In this document: one piece after another, positions 1 through 8,071 of the stretch
Numbering within the stretch: the stretch's first letter is position 1
How the letters are laid out: the number at the start of each line of letters is the position of its first letter
Assembly (NCBI GenBank): GCA_049969675.1
Contig: JBMFOP010000062.1
Location: 1-18,815, forward strand
Direction: 5' to 3'
Length of the DNA: 18,815 nucleotides
Source: Myxococcota bacterium
Lineage (GTDB): Bacteria; Myxococcota; SpSt-1050
Program-made: the position numbers and the translations under genes
Notes under the pieces: model-generated
What the model was told of the DNA's origin: nothing
The model's database searches: none
What the model saw: only the letters and a program-made list of their open reading frames with translations

Positions 1-57
1 TAATAGTAAAAGTGGTATGGGTGTGCCTCTGTCAAATAGGTCTTTGAATAAGATGGG

Positions 58-86
58 TTGATTATCTTTTATTTTGGTGCTATGCT
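58..86 (+). promoter_or_regulatory. Putative sigma70 promoter, TTGATT-N17-TATGCT with extended -10 TG
   Basis: TTGATT at 58-63, 17-nt spacer ending TGC, TATGCT at 81-86. It lies just upstream of the SD-like AAGGGGG (97-103) and ATG 109. Pattern match only. Confidence 0.5.
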
Positions 87-108
87 TAATCTTATAAAGG
101 GGGTAAGA

Positions 109-1536
109 ATGGTGAAAAAACTTTTTCTAATATCTTTTATTTTGATTTCTCCATCTATCCTCTATGCCCAATTTAAAAAAGGTCCATATATTCAGGAACT
201 GTCTACAAATTCTGTGAGGATTTTGTGGGAAACCAATTCCTCCTCAAAAGGGAGGGTAATATATGGGATAAAAGGTTCTATGGATAAATCAAAAGAGGAG
301 ACGACTTCTCAGACTCTACATAATATCTACCTTGATGGACTGCTCGCAGATACAGAATATGAGTATCAGGTGGAGGGTGATTCAAAAAAGGGGAATTTCA
401 GGACATTTCCCATTTCTGCAAAGCCCATCAAATTCATTGTTTATGGTGATAATAGAACGAATATGGCAGACCATCAGAAGGTGGTAGATGCCATCATTAA
501 GGAACAGCCTATGTTTATTATAAATACGGGTGACCTCGTGGAGTCTGGAATATCTGCTGATGACTATCAGAAATTTTTTGAAATTGAGAGGGAGCTATTG
601 AGAAATATATGCATTTTTCCAGCCATTGGTAATCATGAGATTATTGACCCAACTCTGACTATTTATAAGAAGTATTTTTTTCCGCCTCAAAATAATTCTG
701 GAAAGAAGGAATGGTATTCATTTGATTTTGCCAATGTACATATTGCAGTTTATAATACCTATGACGGACTATTTACATTTTCAAATGAGCAACTTAAATG
801 GATAGAATCAGACCTTAAAGCGGCATCCGCAAATTCAGAGATTGATCATATCTTTACAGTTATGCATCACGGCCCATATTCTGCAAGTAATCACGGGGAT
901 AATGCTACTGCAAAGAGTAAGGTAGTTCCTCTTTTAAAGAAATACGGAGTGGATATGACTCTTGCTGGACACGACCACAATTATGAGAGAGGAGAGGCGG
1001 ATGGACTCAGATATATAGTTGCAGGTGGTGGTGGGGCACCACTATATTCTGCGGGACAGTCTCAATATACAATCTATTCAGAGTCAGTCCTTCATTATGT
1101 AGTATTCAATGTCTACGGTCCTGATGTCTCGGGGTGTGCATATAGAGTGGATGGCTCTGTAATGGACTGCTTTAACTGGACAAAGGGGAAGTTACTACCT
1201 GATGCTGGATATGAAGATATAAGCTCAGATGACATTATAAATCAGGATACAAATGAGGTTTATGACTCAAACTCTTCAGATACTCAATCGGATGTGTTTT
1301 TTGTAGATGTTGGAATTTTAGAAGATTCTCTTCCTGAAGATTTATTAGTTAGCGATTCTCTTTCTCCTATAGATGGTGTGCTGGAAGTTGTTGCAGATTC
1401 CTCTACTGTTCTTGATGTGATGGATGTTGGGAAGGATGTAAATTTAATGTCAGATTTTCAAATATCAGTCACAGATTCAGAGAGAAAATCTAATGGTTCA
1501 GAATCTTCGGGTTGTGGTTGTCTCATAATTGAATAG
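109..1536 (+). CDS. Secreted calcineurin-like metallophosphoesterase (purple-acid-phosphatase-like, N-terminal FN3-type domain) with acidic linker and C-terminal Cys motif
   Basis: Start moved from TTG 58 to ATG 109 (SD AAGGGGG; signal peptide MVKKLFLISFILISPSILYA). KGPYIQ..VRILWET..LLADTEYEYQV is the FN3-like domain. Metal motifs YGDNR, TGDLV, GNHE, MHHGPY, AGHDHNYER. Asp/Ser-rich tail ending SGCGCLIIE. Confidence 0.88.
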   Translation: MVKKLFLISFILISPSILYAQFKKGPYIQELSTNSVRILWETNSSSKGRVIYGIKGSMDKSKEETTSQTLHNIYLDGLLADTEYEYQVEGDSKKGNFRTFPISAKPIKFIVYGDNRTNMADHQKVVDAIIKEQPMFIINTGDLVESGISADDYQKFFEIERELLRNICIFPAIGNHEIIDPTLTIYKKYFFPPQNNSGKKEWYSFDFANVHIAVYNTYDGLFTFSNEQLKWIESDLKAASANSEIDHIFTVMHHGPYSASNHGDNATAKSKVVPLLKKYGVDMTLAGHDHNYERGEADGLRYIVAGGGGAPLYSAGQSQYTIYSESVLHYVVFNVYGPDVSGCAYRVDGSVMDCFNWTKGKLLPDAGYEDISSDDIINQDTNEVYDSNSSDTQSDVFFVDVGILEDSLPEDLLVSDSLSPIDGVLEVVADSSTVLDVMDVGKDVNLMSDFQISVTDSERKSNGSESSGCGCLIIE

Positions 1537-1539
1537 AAT

Positions 1540-2244
1540 ATGTCTTATAAAATAAAGGTAAAAGAGGATGATTTTATTGTCAAAGAAAAATATAGTATTG
1601 ATATATCTGATAGAGGTAAATATTCGGTCTTTCTACTTTATAAGAGAGGTTGGAATACCGATGAGCTTGTAAAAAAGATATCAAATGATACAGGCATTGA
1701 TGTTAATCTCTTCTCCTATGGTGGAAGAAAGGATAGACATTCAGTCTCAGAACAAATAATCACAATCAGAGGCAATTATAAAAATTTGAACTATAAGAGC
1801 GATTTTTGCAATATGAGATTTTTGGGATTTTCAAACCAACCTATGTCTCCAAAGCTCATCATTTCAAATTGTTTTGCAATTAATGTTAGAGATATCAACC
1901 TAAATAAAAAGTCTGATATTCAAAACAGAATAGAGGAAATAAAAGATAAGGGGTTTGTTAACTATTTTGATGCTCAGAGATTTAGAAGTTATGATGAAGA
2001 ATTAAAAGCCATCTACGAGAATCTCTTAATTAAAAGAGGCGTCAAAAGGTCTATGTTCAATCTACGAAAGATAAGGAAGGCATACTTTAAGAGCAATCAG
2101 AGAAGTGTCATAGAATTTCCCAAAAATTTGAGTTTTTCTTTTGAAGATGATGAATTATACAACTCAAAACTGAAACTTATTATTTCATTCGAGCTGCCAG
2201 CGGGGAGCTATGCCACTATGTTAATAAAGCAGCTCTTTATATAG
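1540..2244 (+). CDS. truD: tRNA pseudouridine(13) synthase TruD, internally shortened (possible pseudogene)
   Basis: Motifs KVKEDDFIVKE, SYGGRKDRHSVSEQ (catalytic Asp), GFVNYFDAQRF and C-terminal FELPAGSYATMLIKQL. Only 234 aa; the central TRUD insertion domain appears absent. Confidence 0.8.
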   Translation: MSYKIKVKEDDFIVKEKYSIDISDRGKYSVFLLYKRGWNTDELVKKISNDTGIDVNLFSYGGRKDRHSVSEQIITIRGNYKNLNYKSDFCNMRFLGFSNQPMSPKLIISNCFAINVRDINLNKKSDIQNRIEEIKDKGFVNYFDAQRFRSYDEELKAIYENLLIKRGVKRSMFNLRKIRKAYFKSNQRSVIEFPKNLSFSFEDDELYNSKLKLIISFELPAGSYATMLIKQLFI

Positions 2245-2245
2245 C

Positions 2246-2377
2246 TTATAGTATCTCGTGATACCAGACTGGGGCAGGCGAACTCCCATCCCATGTATTG
2301 ATTGCCTCTTCAAAAGTTGTTGAATTATATTCAATCTTTGGTCCAAAACCACTTGTATCGCAATAATCTTTACTTTC
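2246..2377 (-). pseudogene. Possible 3' remnant of an unknown gene (43 sense codons, no start codon)
   Basis: Manual translation, in frame directly after the TAA of the 2Fe-2S gene: ESKDYCDTSGFGPKIEYNSTTFEEAINTWDGSSPAPVWYHEIL-stop. It ends 1 nt from the truD stop. Confidence 0.35.
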
Positions 2378-2845
2378 TTATCTATAAAATCTGCTGGCAT
2401 ATTCAATTGCATCAATTATCTGTTTATAGCCAGTGCATCTGCATAAATTGGGAGAGATTGCCTTCTTTATTTCCTCTCTGGTTGGATTTGGATTTGAGAG
2501 CAGGAAGGCGTGTGCGGTGAGAACCATACCCGGTGTACAGAATCCACATTGAATCGCCCCAAAGTCTACAAATGCCTGTTGTATGGGTGAGAGCGTCCCA
2601 TCGGGATTCTCCATACCTTCAATTGTAATGATCTCGGAATTCTCCTCTATCTCTGATAGCATAAGATTGCAGGATTTTGTAACCCTTTTATTCAAAATAA
2701 TGGTACAACTCCCACAGAATCCTTTACCACATCCGTTCTTTGTCCCGGTTAGGTCTAAAATCTCTCGCAAATAATATAACAGGGTATGGTCAAGATATCT
2801 CTCGTCTATCATATACTCTCGTCTATTAATTAAAATCCTTTTCAT
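2378..2845 (-). CDS. Xanthine dehydrogenase/CO dehydrogenase family small (2x[2Fe-2S]) subunit
   Basis: Motifs LTGTKNGCGKGFCGSCTI..SC, QCGFCTPG and NLCRCTGY. ATGA overlap with the upstream Mo subunit gene. Confidence 0.95.
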   Translation of the reverse strand: MKRILINRREYMIDERYLDHTLLYYLREILDLTGTKNGCGKGFCGSCTIILNKRVTKSCNLMLSEIEENSEIITIEGMENPDGTLSPIQQAFVDFGAIQCGFCTPGMVLTAHAFLLSNPNPTREEIKKAISPNLCRCTGYKQIIDAIEYASRFYR

Positions 2846-5088
2846 ATCAATCCCTCTATCTTTATTGGTATCTTTGTAAATCTCTTCCCTGTTGCAGCAT
2901 AGATGGCATTTGCAATGGCTGGGGCCATAAGTTCGTTGGTTGGCTCACCAATAGATTTGGCTCTTGATGGCGAATTGGGGTCTGGATTTTCAATTATATA
3001 GGCGTATATCTCTGGCATATCGGTTGACCTTGCAATTCTATATTTGTTGAAATTTAAAGATATTATCTTCCCATTTTCTATCTTCACCTCTTCCAGAAGA
3101 CCATACCCTATACCCATTGCAATTCCTCCATAAAATTGTCCAAGCAACATCTCCCTATTTATCGCTTTACCTACATCATGAGCCATATAGACATTCAGGA
3201 GTTTAATCTTACCGCTCTTCTTATTTACTTTGAGTTCCACCGCCTGACAACCATAGACCCAGGTAAAGTATGCATTCCCCTTACCAATCTCCTCATCCCA
3301 GCTGACATCCGGTGCCTTGAATGTTCCGAAGGCATACGGAATCTCTCGCTCTTCAAACATAATCTTTGTGGCGTCCAAAAATGATATCTTATTATCATTA
3401 AATAAGACCGAATCATCTCTGAAGTAAATATTGGACCTGTCTACATTAAATCTCTTTGAGAGGACATTCTTATACTTCTCTTTTAAGATCTCAACAGCAT
3501 TTACAACTGCGCCACCGCCCATAATGGTTCCTCTTGATGCAACGGTAGTGCCTCCGTCTGGAATATTTGAGGTAGAGCTCATCCTGTATCTGATTCTCTC
3601 TCTATTAACTCCAAGGTGTTCAGCGAGTATATTTATCATCGCAGATTCAGAGCCCTGTCCATTTTCATGGACTGCCACCTCCAGAAGTATTGAACCATCT
3701 GCCTGAACATTGATAATGGCAGAATTGAAGTCCTTCCCCTCTGCCCCGAGGCTCACACCTCTGTAGCTCATTGCAATTCCAATTCCGTAGAGCTCATCCG
3801 TATCTGATTTGCCAAAGGAGCATTTCTTATATTTATTCTCAAAATCTGACTCTTTTAATACCTTATCCAGGACCTCCTCAAGGCTGACCTTGTGGTTGTC
3901 AAGTCTCTGAGATGTGATTGTCTCATCATTTTGTCTAAGCATATTTTTCTTTCTAAACTCTATGATATTTAATCCACATCTCTCTGCAGCCATCTCAATC
4001 AGCTGTTCAATGCAGAAGTTTATCTGAGGAGAGCCGAATCCCCTCATTGCACCGGTAAAGACATTGTTTGTATAAACCCCATAAGTGTCGCACCAGACAT
4101 TTGGCACTTTATATGGGCCACAGCACTGAACCGTTGACCGCCAGGTCACCCACGGAGTTACAGAGCAGTAAGCACCTGCGTCAGCAATAATTCTCACTTT
4201 GACAGCCTTAATCAGTCCATCCTTTGTAATTCCCATTTTGTAATAGACTTTATATGGATGTCTTTTATAACTCTCTCTTATAGACCATTCTCTATCGTAT
4301 GTAATCTTAACCGGTCTGCCAGTCAGTCTTGCTGCAAGTGCTGCACGGGCGCATACAATGGCTGCTGTATCGTCTTTGCCACCAAATCCACCCCCCATCG
4401 GTATAGTTTTAATCTCTACATCAGATAATCTGACACCGAGTAGATTGGCAACAAATCGCCTTGTAGAAAATGGGTGCTGCATACTCCCATATATCTCAAA
4501 CACTCCGTCAAATCTTGGAATACATATAGCTGATTCTGGCTCCAGATATGCATGTTCTACAAATTGAGTTGAGAAGTCCTGCTCTATTATGTAGTCTGAC
4601 TCGGCAAATCCCTTTTCAATATCTCCCTTTCTAACTCTGTGTTCATTGACGATATTATTCCCGCGCTCTTCGTGTATGAGTGGAGAAGATGGTTTGAGTG
4701 CCTCATCCGGGTCAAGTACTGCCTCAAGCTCCTGAACCTCAACCTTTATAAGAGATTGAGCACTGATTGCAATCTCTCTTGCCTCGGCGACAATTAACGC
4801 CACTACATCTCCATTGTATCTTATCTTATCATCTGCAAAGATGTGGTAGTCCTTTATTATCTGTCCAAACTTATTGGTACCGGGCACATCTTTATAGGTA
4901 ATTACCTTTATTACCCCTTTTACCTTCTCTGCCTCCGATGTCTCTATGGATAAAATCTTTGCATGGACATAATCAGTATAGACCGGGACTGCATATAGCA
5001 TATTGTGAAATTTGAGGTCATCTGCATATTTTGCGCGCCCAGTAACTTTTATATATGCGTCATTCCTGAATGCCCTCGGGGTTGACAT
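2842..5088 (-). CDS. Xanthine dehydrogenase family molybdopterin-binding (large) subunit
   Basis: Motifs KVTGRAKYADD, QFVEHAYLEPE, MGGGFGGK, AMRGFGSPQ, TVASRGT, HDVGKAIN, GGIAMGIGYGLLEE and KSIGEP (catalytic Glu). 748 aa. Confidence 0.95.
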   Translation of the reverse strand: MSTPRAFRNDAYIKVTGRAKYADDLKFHNMLYAVPVYTDYVHAKILSIETSEAEKVKGVIKVITYKDVPGTNKFGQIIKDYHIFADDKIRYNGDVVALIVAEAREIAISAQSLIKVEVQELEAVLDPDEALKPSSPLIHEERGNNIVNEHRVRKGDIEKGFAESDYIIEQDFSTQFVEHAYLEPESAICIPRFDGVFEIYGSMQHPFSTRRFVANLLGVRLSDVEIKTIPMGGGFGGKDDTAAIVCARAALAARLTGRPVKITYDREWSIRESYKRHPYKVYYKMGITKDGLIKAVKVRIIADAGAYCSVTPWVTWRSTVQCCGPYKVPNVWCDTYGVYTNNVFTGAMRGFGSPQINFCIEQLIEMAAERCGLNIIEFRKKNMLRQNDETITSQRLDNHKVSLEEVLDKVLKESDFENKYKKCSFGKSDTDELYGIGIAMSYRGVSLGAEGKDFNSAIINVQADGSILLEVAVHENGQGSESAMINILAEHLGVNRERIRYRMSSTSNIPDGGTTVASRGTIMGGGAVVNAVEILKEKYKNVLSKRFNVDRSNIYFRDDSVLFNDNKISFLDATKIMFEEREIPYAFGTFKAPDVSWDEEIGKGNAYFTWVYGCQAVELKVNKKSGKIKLLNVYMAHDVGKAINREMLLGQFYGGIAMGIGYGLLEEVKIENGKIISLNFNKYRIARSTDMPEIYAYIIENPDPNSPSRAKSIGEPTNELMAPAIANAIYAATGKRFTKIPIKIEGLI

Positions 5089-6409
5089 TTATACACCTTC
5101 CTCTAAAGTTGTTATTTATCACTCTACCATTCTCAATCAACAAAACTCCGTTTATTATAACATAATCAAATCTCAAATTGGAGGTAAAATTGTAATATGG
5201 GTTATAAACATCTCTATCTGTTGGGGAGATCTCTTTTTTCTCCTTGCACTCTGAAAAAATGATTATATCGGCATCTGAGCCTTCCTTTATTGCCCCTTTT
5301 TGGGGGAAGAGATTCATAATTCTGGCTGGATTTTCAGATAGCCGCTTTGCAAATTCTGACAAATTTACTTTATTGTCGTCTGTGTAGATTCTGTAGATAA
5401 TGTGTGCAAGCGCTCCAATCCCCGGCAGTCCATTTGGTACAAGTCGCAATCTCTCCCTGTTCTCGTCCTTATCCCTCCTTATAAATGGTGCGTGGTCAGT
5501 TGTAAAGATATCAAATTTCCCTTCCCTTGCAAGCCTTTGCATCTCTATTGAATTTTCGCTACTTCTTAGGGGTGGGGTGCAAAAATATCTATGACCATCA
5601 TTTTCTTTCAGCAACTCATCGTTTAATACAAGATATTGAGGACAGCTTTCAACAGTAATTTTGCATTCTTTCTTGGATGCATTTATAAGATTTGCAGATT
5701 CAACAGCAGAACAATGAACTATGTGAAAATTTGCATCTGTCTCCTTTGCAATCTGAATTACTTTTTTTACAGCCTCCACCTCTGCCTCCACCGGTCTATA
5801 AAGGGCGTGGTCAAAAGGGGTCTGATAGTCATAACAGTAATATTTTTCAAGGATTGATTCATCTTCGGCGTGGACAAGAAAAATTGTATCTTCACTCTTC
5901 AACGCACTTACTACATTGTGCATCTTTTCATAATCAATATATATACCCGCATCTTTGTATGTGGTATAAAACTTAAAACTCTTAAATCCCGTATCAATCA
6001 ATCCCTTTATATAATCAATCTCTTTTTTACCAAAATTTATTGGGGTTAGATGAAAACCGTAATTTACACTGGAGTCTTTTCCTTTTCTTAAAAACTCCTT
6101 GATTGCCACATTTAGTGGTCTATCTCCTCTTTCTGTGATGAAATTGAAGAGTGTTGTGATTCCATTTTTTGCAGCGATCAGACTTCCAGAATTAAAGTTG
6201 TCTGCAATATTATACTTCCCAATTGTATCGTCAAGATGTGTGTGAATATCTATCAGACCGGGCAATACATATCTCCCATTTGCATAAATTATCTCTTCTC
6301 CATTTTCTCCTATGAATCTATCAATTTTAGATATAATTCCATTTTCAATTTTTATATCGCCTTCAAATATCCTTCCATCAATCAGGATCTTCCCTTCTTT
6401 TATTATCAA
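5060..6409 (-). CDS. Cyclic amidohydrolase, dihydropyrimidinase/hydantoinase-like (allantoinase/dihydroorotase superfamily)
   Basis: Motifs PGLIDIHTH, GITT, SFKFY (carbamylated Lys position), VHAED, HIVH, ESCPQYL, TPPLR, TDHAPF, PNGLPG and KGAIKEGSDADI. TTG start with SD GGGAG, overlapping the upstream TGA. Confidence 0.9.
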   Translation of the reverse strand: MIIKEGKILIDGRIFEGDIKIENGIISKIDRFIGENGEEIIYANGRYVLPGLIDIHTHLDDTIGKYNIADNFNSGSLIAAKNGITTLFNFITERGDRPLNVAIKEFLRKGKDSSVNYGFHLTPINFGKKEIDYIKGLIDTGFKSFKFYTTYKDAGIYIDYEKMHNVVSALKSEDTIFLVHAEDESILEKYYCYDYQTPFDHALYRPVEAEVEAVKKVIQIAKETDANFHIVHCSAVESANLINASKKECKITVESCPQYLVLNDELLKENDGHRYFCTPPLRSSENSIEMQRLAREGKFDIFTTDHAPFIRRDKDENRERLRLVPNGLPGIGALAHIIYRIYTDDNKVNLSEFAKRLSENPARIMNLFPQKGAIKEGSDADIIIFSECKEKKEISPTDRDVYNPYYNFTSNLRFDYVIINGVLLIENGRVINNNFRGRCINVNPEGIQE

Positions 6410-7314
6410 TTCTGCATCTCCCTTCTTATAACTCTTACCATCGCCTTTAGATTTACCATAAATGCACCTTTGGGCTGAAGTGATGCCACATCCACATAGA
6501 ATTTCTCTGTGAGCCTCTTTATCATCTCCTCTTCTTCAATATTATCCTTTATCATCGCTTCAACCTCTTCTCTGAATGTTGTCGCACCTTTTATTGAGAG
6601 TTCAAAGAACCTCTTAATTGCATTTTTACCTACAAGCATACCGTGATGTGGTAGTCCCAGAAGTTCTACATCCAGTTGTGATAGCCTTTTTAATGATTTC
6701 ATATATTCATTGTAGTCAGAGAGATAATTTGCGAGTACCATATTCTCACCTGCATAAGCCCCGACTGATTCTCCAGAGAAGAGTGCCTTCTCAACTGGCA
6801 TATAGAAAGAGATAGAACATCTGGTATGTCCGGGAGTTGAGAAGACCTCAAGTTCTACACCCTCTCCAAGGTCTATCCTATCTCCCTCTCTGACAATCGT
6901 ATCAACATTGAGGAGACCCTTTGTAATTGTAATATCCTCTCCTGCAAAGTATTTATTGAATTCTATTGAATCCTCAACCTCCTTTGAGAGGTTGTTCATA
7001 AACTCAATAGCCTCATCTTTTTTTAAGACCTTTGCAGTCTGTTCTGATGCTATTACTTTTAAATGTGGCATCTTCCTCCTCAGATATGAAATCCCACCAC
7101 AATGGTCATAATGAGAATGAGTAAGCAATATATATTCAAGTCTGTCCGGTTCTCTTAATGCCTCGGCAATTGCACTGTAAAGTGCCGGGGCTGTAGGGGC
7201 GACCCCTGTGTCCACAAGTGCATACCTCTTCCCCATAATAATAAAGCCGGGTAAGAATCCGGCGAATGAGAGATAAATCCTATCTGTTATCTTACCTCTA
7301 TGCGATATTAACAT
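6406..7314 (-). CDS. Metallo-beta-lactamase-fold hydrolase, PqsE-like (putative acyl-CoA thioesterase)
   Basis: Motifs VDTG, THSHYDHCGG, TPGHT, LFSGES and PHHG, plus a C-terminal helical extension. Segment-by-segment resemblance to P. aeruginosa PqsE as recalled. Confidence 0.85.
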   Translation of the reverse strand: MLISHRGKITDRIYLSFAGFLPGFIIMGKRYALVDTGVAPTAPALYSAIAEALREPDRLEYILLTHSHYDHCGGISYLRRKMPHLKVIASEQTAKVLKKDEAIEFMNNLSKEVEDSIEFNKYFAGEDITITKGLLNVDTIVREGDRIDLGEGVELEVFSTPGHTRCSISFYMPVEKALFSGESVGAYAGENMVLANYLSDYNEYMKSLKRLSQLDVELLGLPHHGMLVGKNAIKRFFELSIKGATTFREEVEAMIKDNIEEEEMIKRLTEKFYVDVASLQPKGAFMVNLKAMVRVIRREMQN

Positions 7315-7318
7315 AAAT

Positions 7319-8071
7319 CTATTCCTCCCAGAATTCTGGATTGAGTTCTGATGACTTACTCTCTCTCCTCGGTACTCTGATTTTTAGTGCAATCTCCGGT
7401 CTATTGGTAATAATGCCATCTACCCCGAGTCTCATCATCTCAATAATATCCGCCTTCTTATCCACTGTCCATACATATACTTTGAGTCCCCATTCTCTAT
7501 AGTGCATCATCATAAAGTCATTCAATATCCTGTATTCTGGATTTACTGACTGGCATCTTAAAAATGAGGATATAAGGGCACCAAGTTCTTTATAGAATGC
7601 ACCGCCATCAAAGAGAAATCCAGTCTGCGCATCCCTGTTGAGTCTTTTTATAATACCTATTGAGAGTGGATTAAAAGAGGAGTAGAGCGTCTTTTTATTA
7701 ATGTCAAACTCATTCGTGATTTTGAGTACACGCTCCTCCAGAATGCCGGAGAATTTTCCATCAATCTTTAATTCAATATTAATAAACTTCATATCTTTTA
7801 CGACATTGAGTGCATCTCTGAGTCTCGGGATCTTCCCTTCTGTAATCCTCTTGAGTCTTTCAAATGAAATATCTCTCACATTCTCATCAATCCCGAAAAT
7901 TCTTTTAAGGGATTCGTCGTGAAATACCACCACCTCATTATCCTGCGTAAGTCTGACATCAAATTCAACTCCATCGCAGCCCATCATCGCCGCCTTCTTG
8001 AAGGCTGGCAGGGTGTTTTCCATTGCAAACCGGTTTGCCCCTCTATGCGCTATAATCAGCGGTCTGTTCAT
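7319..8071 (-). CDS. Glycerophosphodiester phosphodiesterase (cytoplasmic, UgpQ/GlpQ family)
   Basis: Motifs IIAHRGA, ENTLPAF, VEFDV, VFHD, NIELK, SSFN, VWTVD and GVDGIITNRP. Confidence 0.95.
   Translation of the reverse strand: MNRPLIIAHRGANRFAMENTLPAFKKAAMMGCDGVEFDVRLTQDNEVVVFHDESLKRIFGIDENVRDISFERLKRITEGKIPRLRDALNVVKDMKFINIELKIDGKFSGILEERVLKITNEFDINKKTLYSSFNPLSIGIIKRLNRDAQTGFLFDGGAFYKELGALISSFLRCQSVNPEYRILNDFMMMHYREWGLKVYVWTVDKKADIIEMMRLGVDGIITNRPEIALKIRVPRRESKSSELNPEFWEE

Noticed and set aside
58..108. ORF-track N-terminal extensions (TTG 58; likewise 8937 for pilB1, 14696 for pilS, 16402 for pilR)
   Set aside because: Downstream starts have better SD sites, avoid overlap with promoters or neighbouring genes, and match family N-termini.
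1..120. Open minus-strand frame running off the left edge
   Set aside because: No ATG start or motif seen in this stretch, and it overlaps the predicted promoter and start of the phosphoesterase gene.
2251..2334. Small palindromes GTATC-TCGT-GATAC (2251-2264) and TTGAAT-TAT-ATTCAA (2320-2334)
   Set aside because: Short, weak stems expected by chance in AT-rich DNA, with no convincing terminator T tract.
2221..2415. 64-aa minus-strand ORF, and the 72-aa plus-strand ORF at 2302-2520
   Set aside because: Both overlap established genes and show no recognisable motif. The alternative frame 2246-2377 fits the gap better.
2842..8071. Selenocysteine read-through at the TGA stops of the minus-strand operon
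   Set aside because: The TGA codons fall at natural family C-termini and are part of ATGA/TTGA start-stop overlaps.
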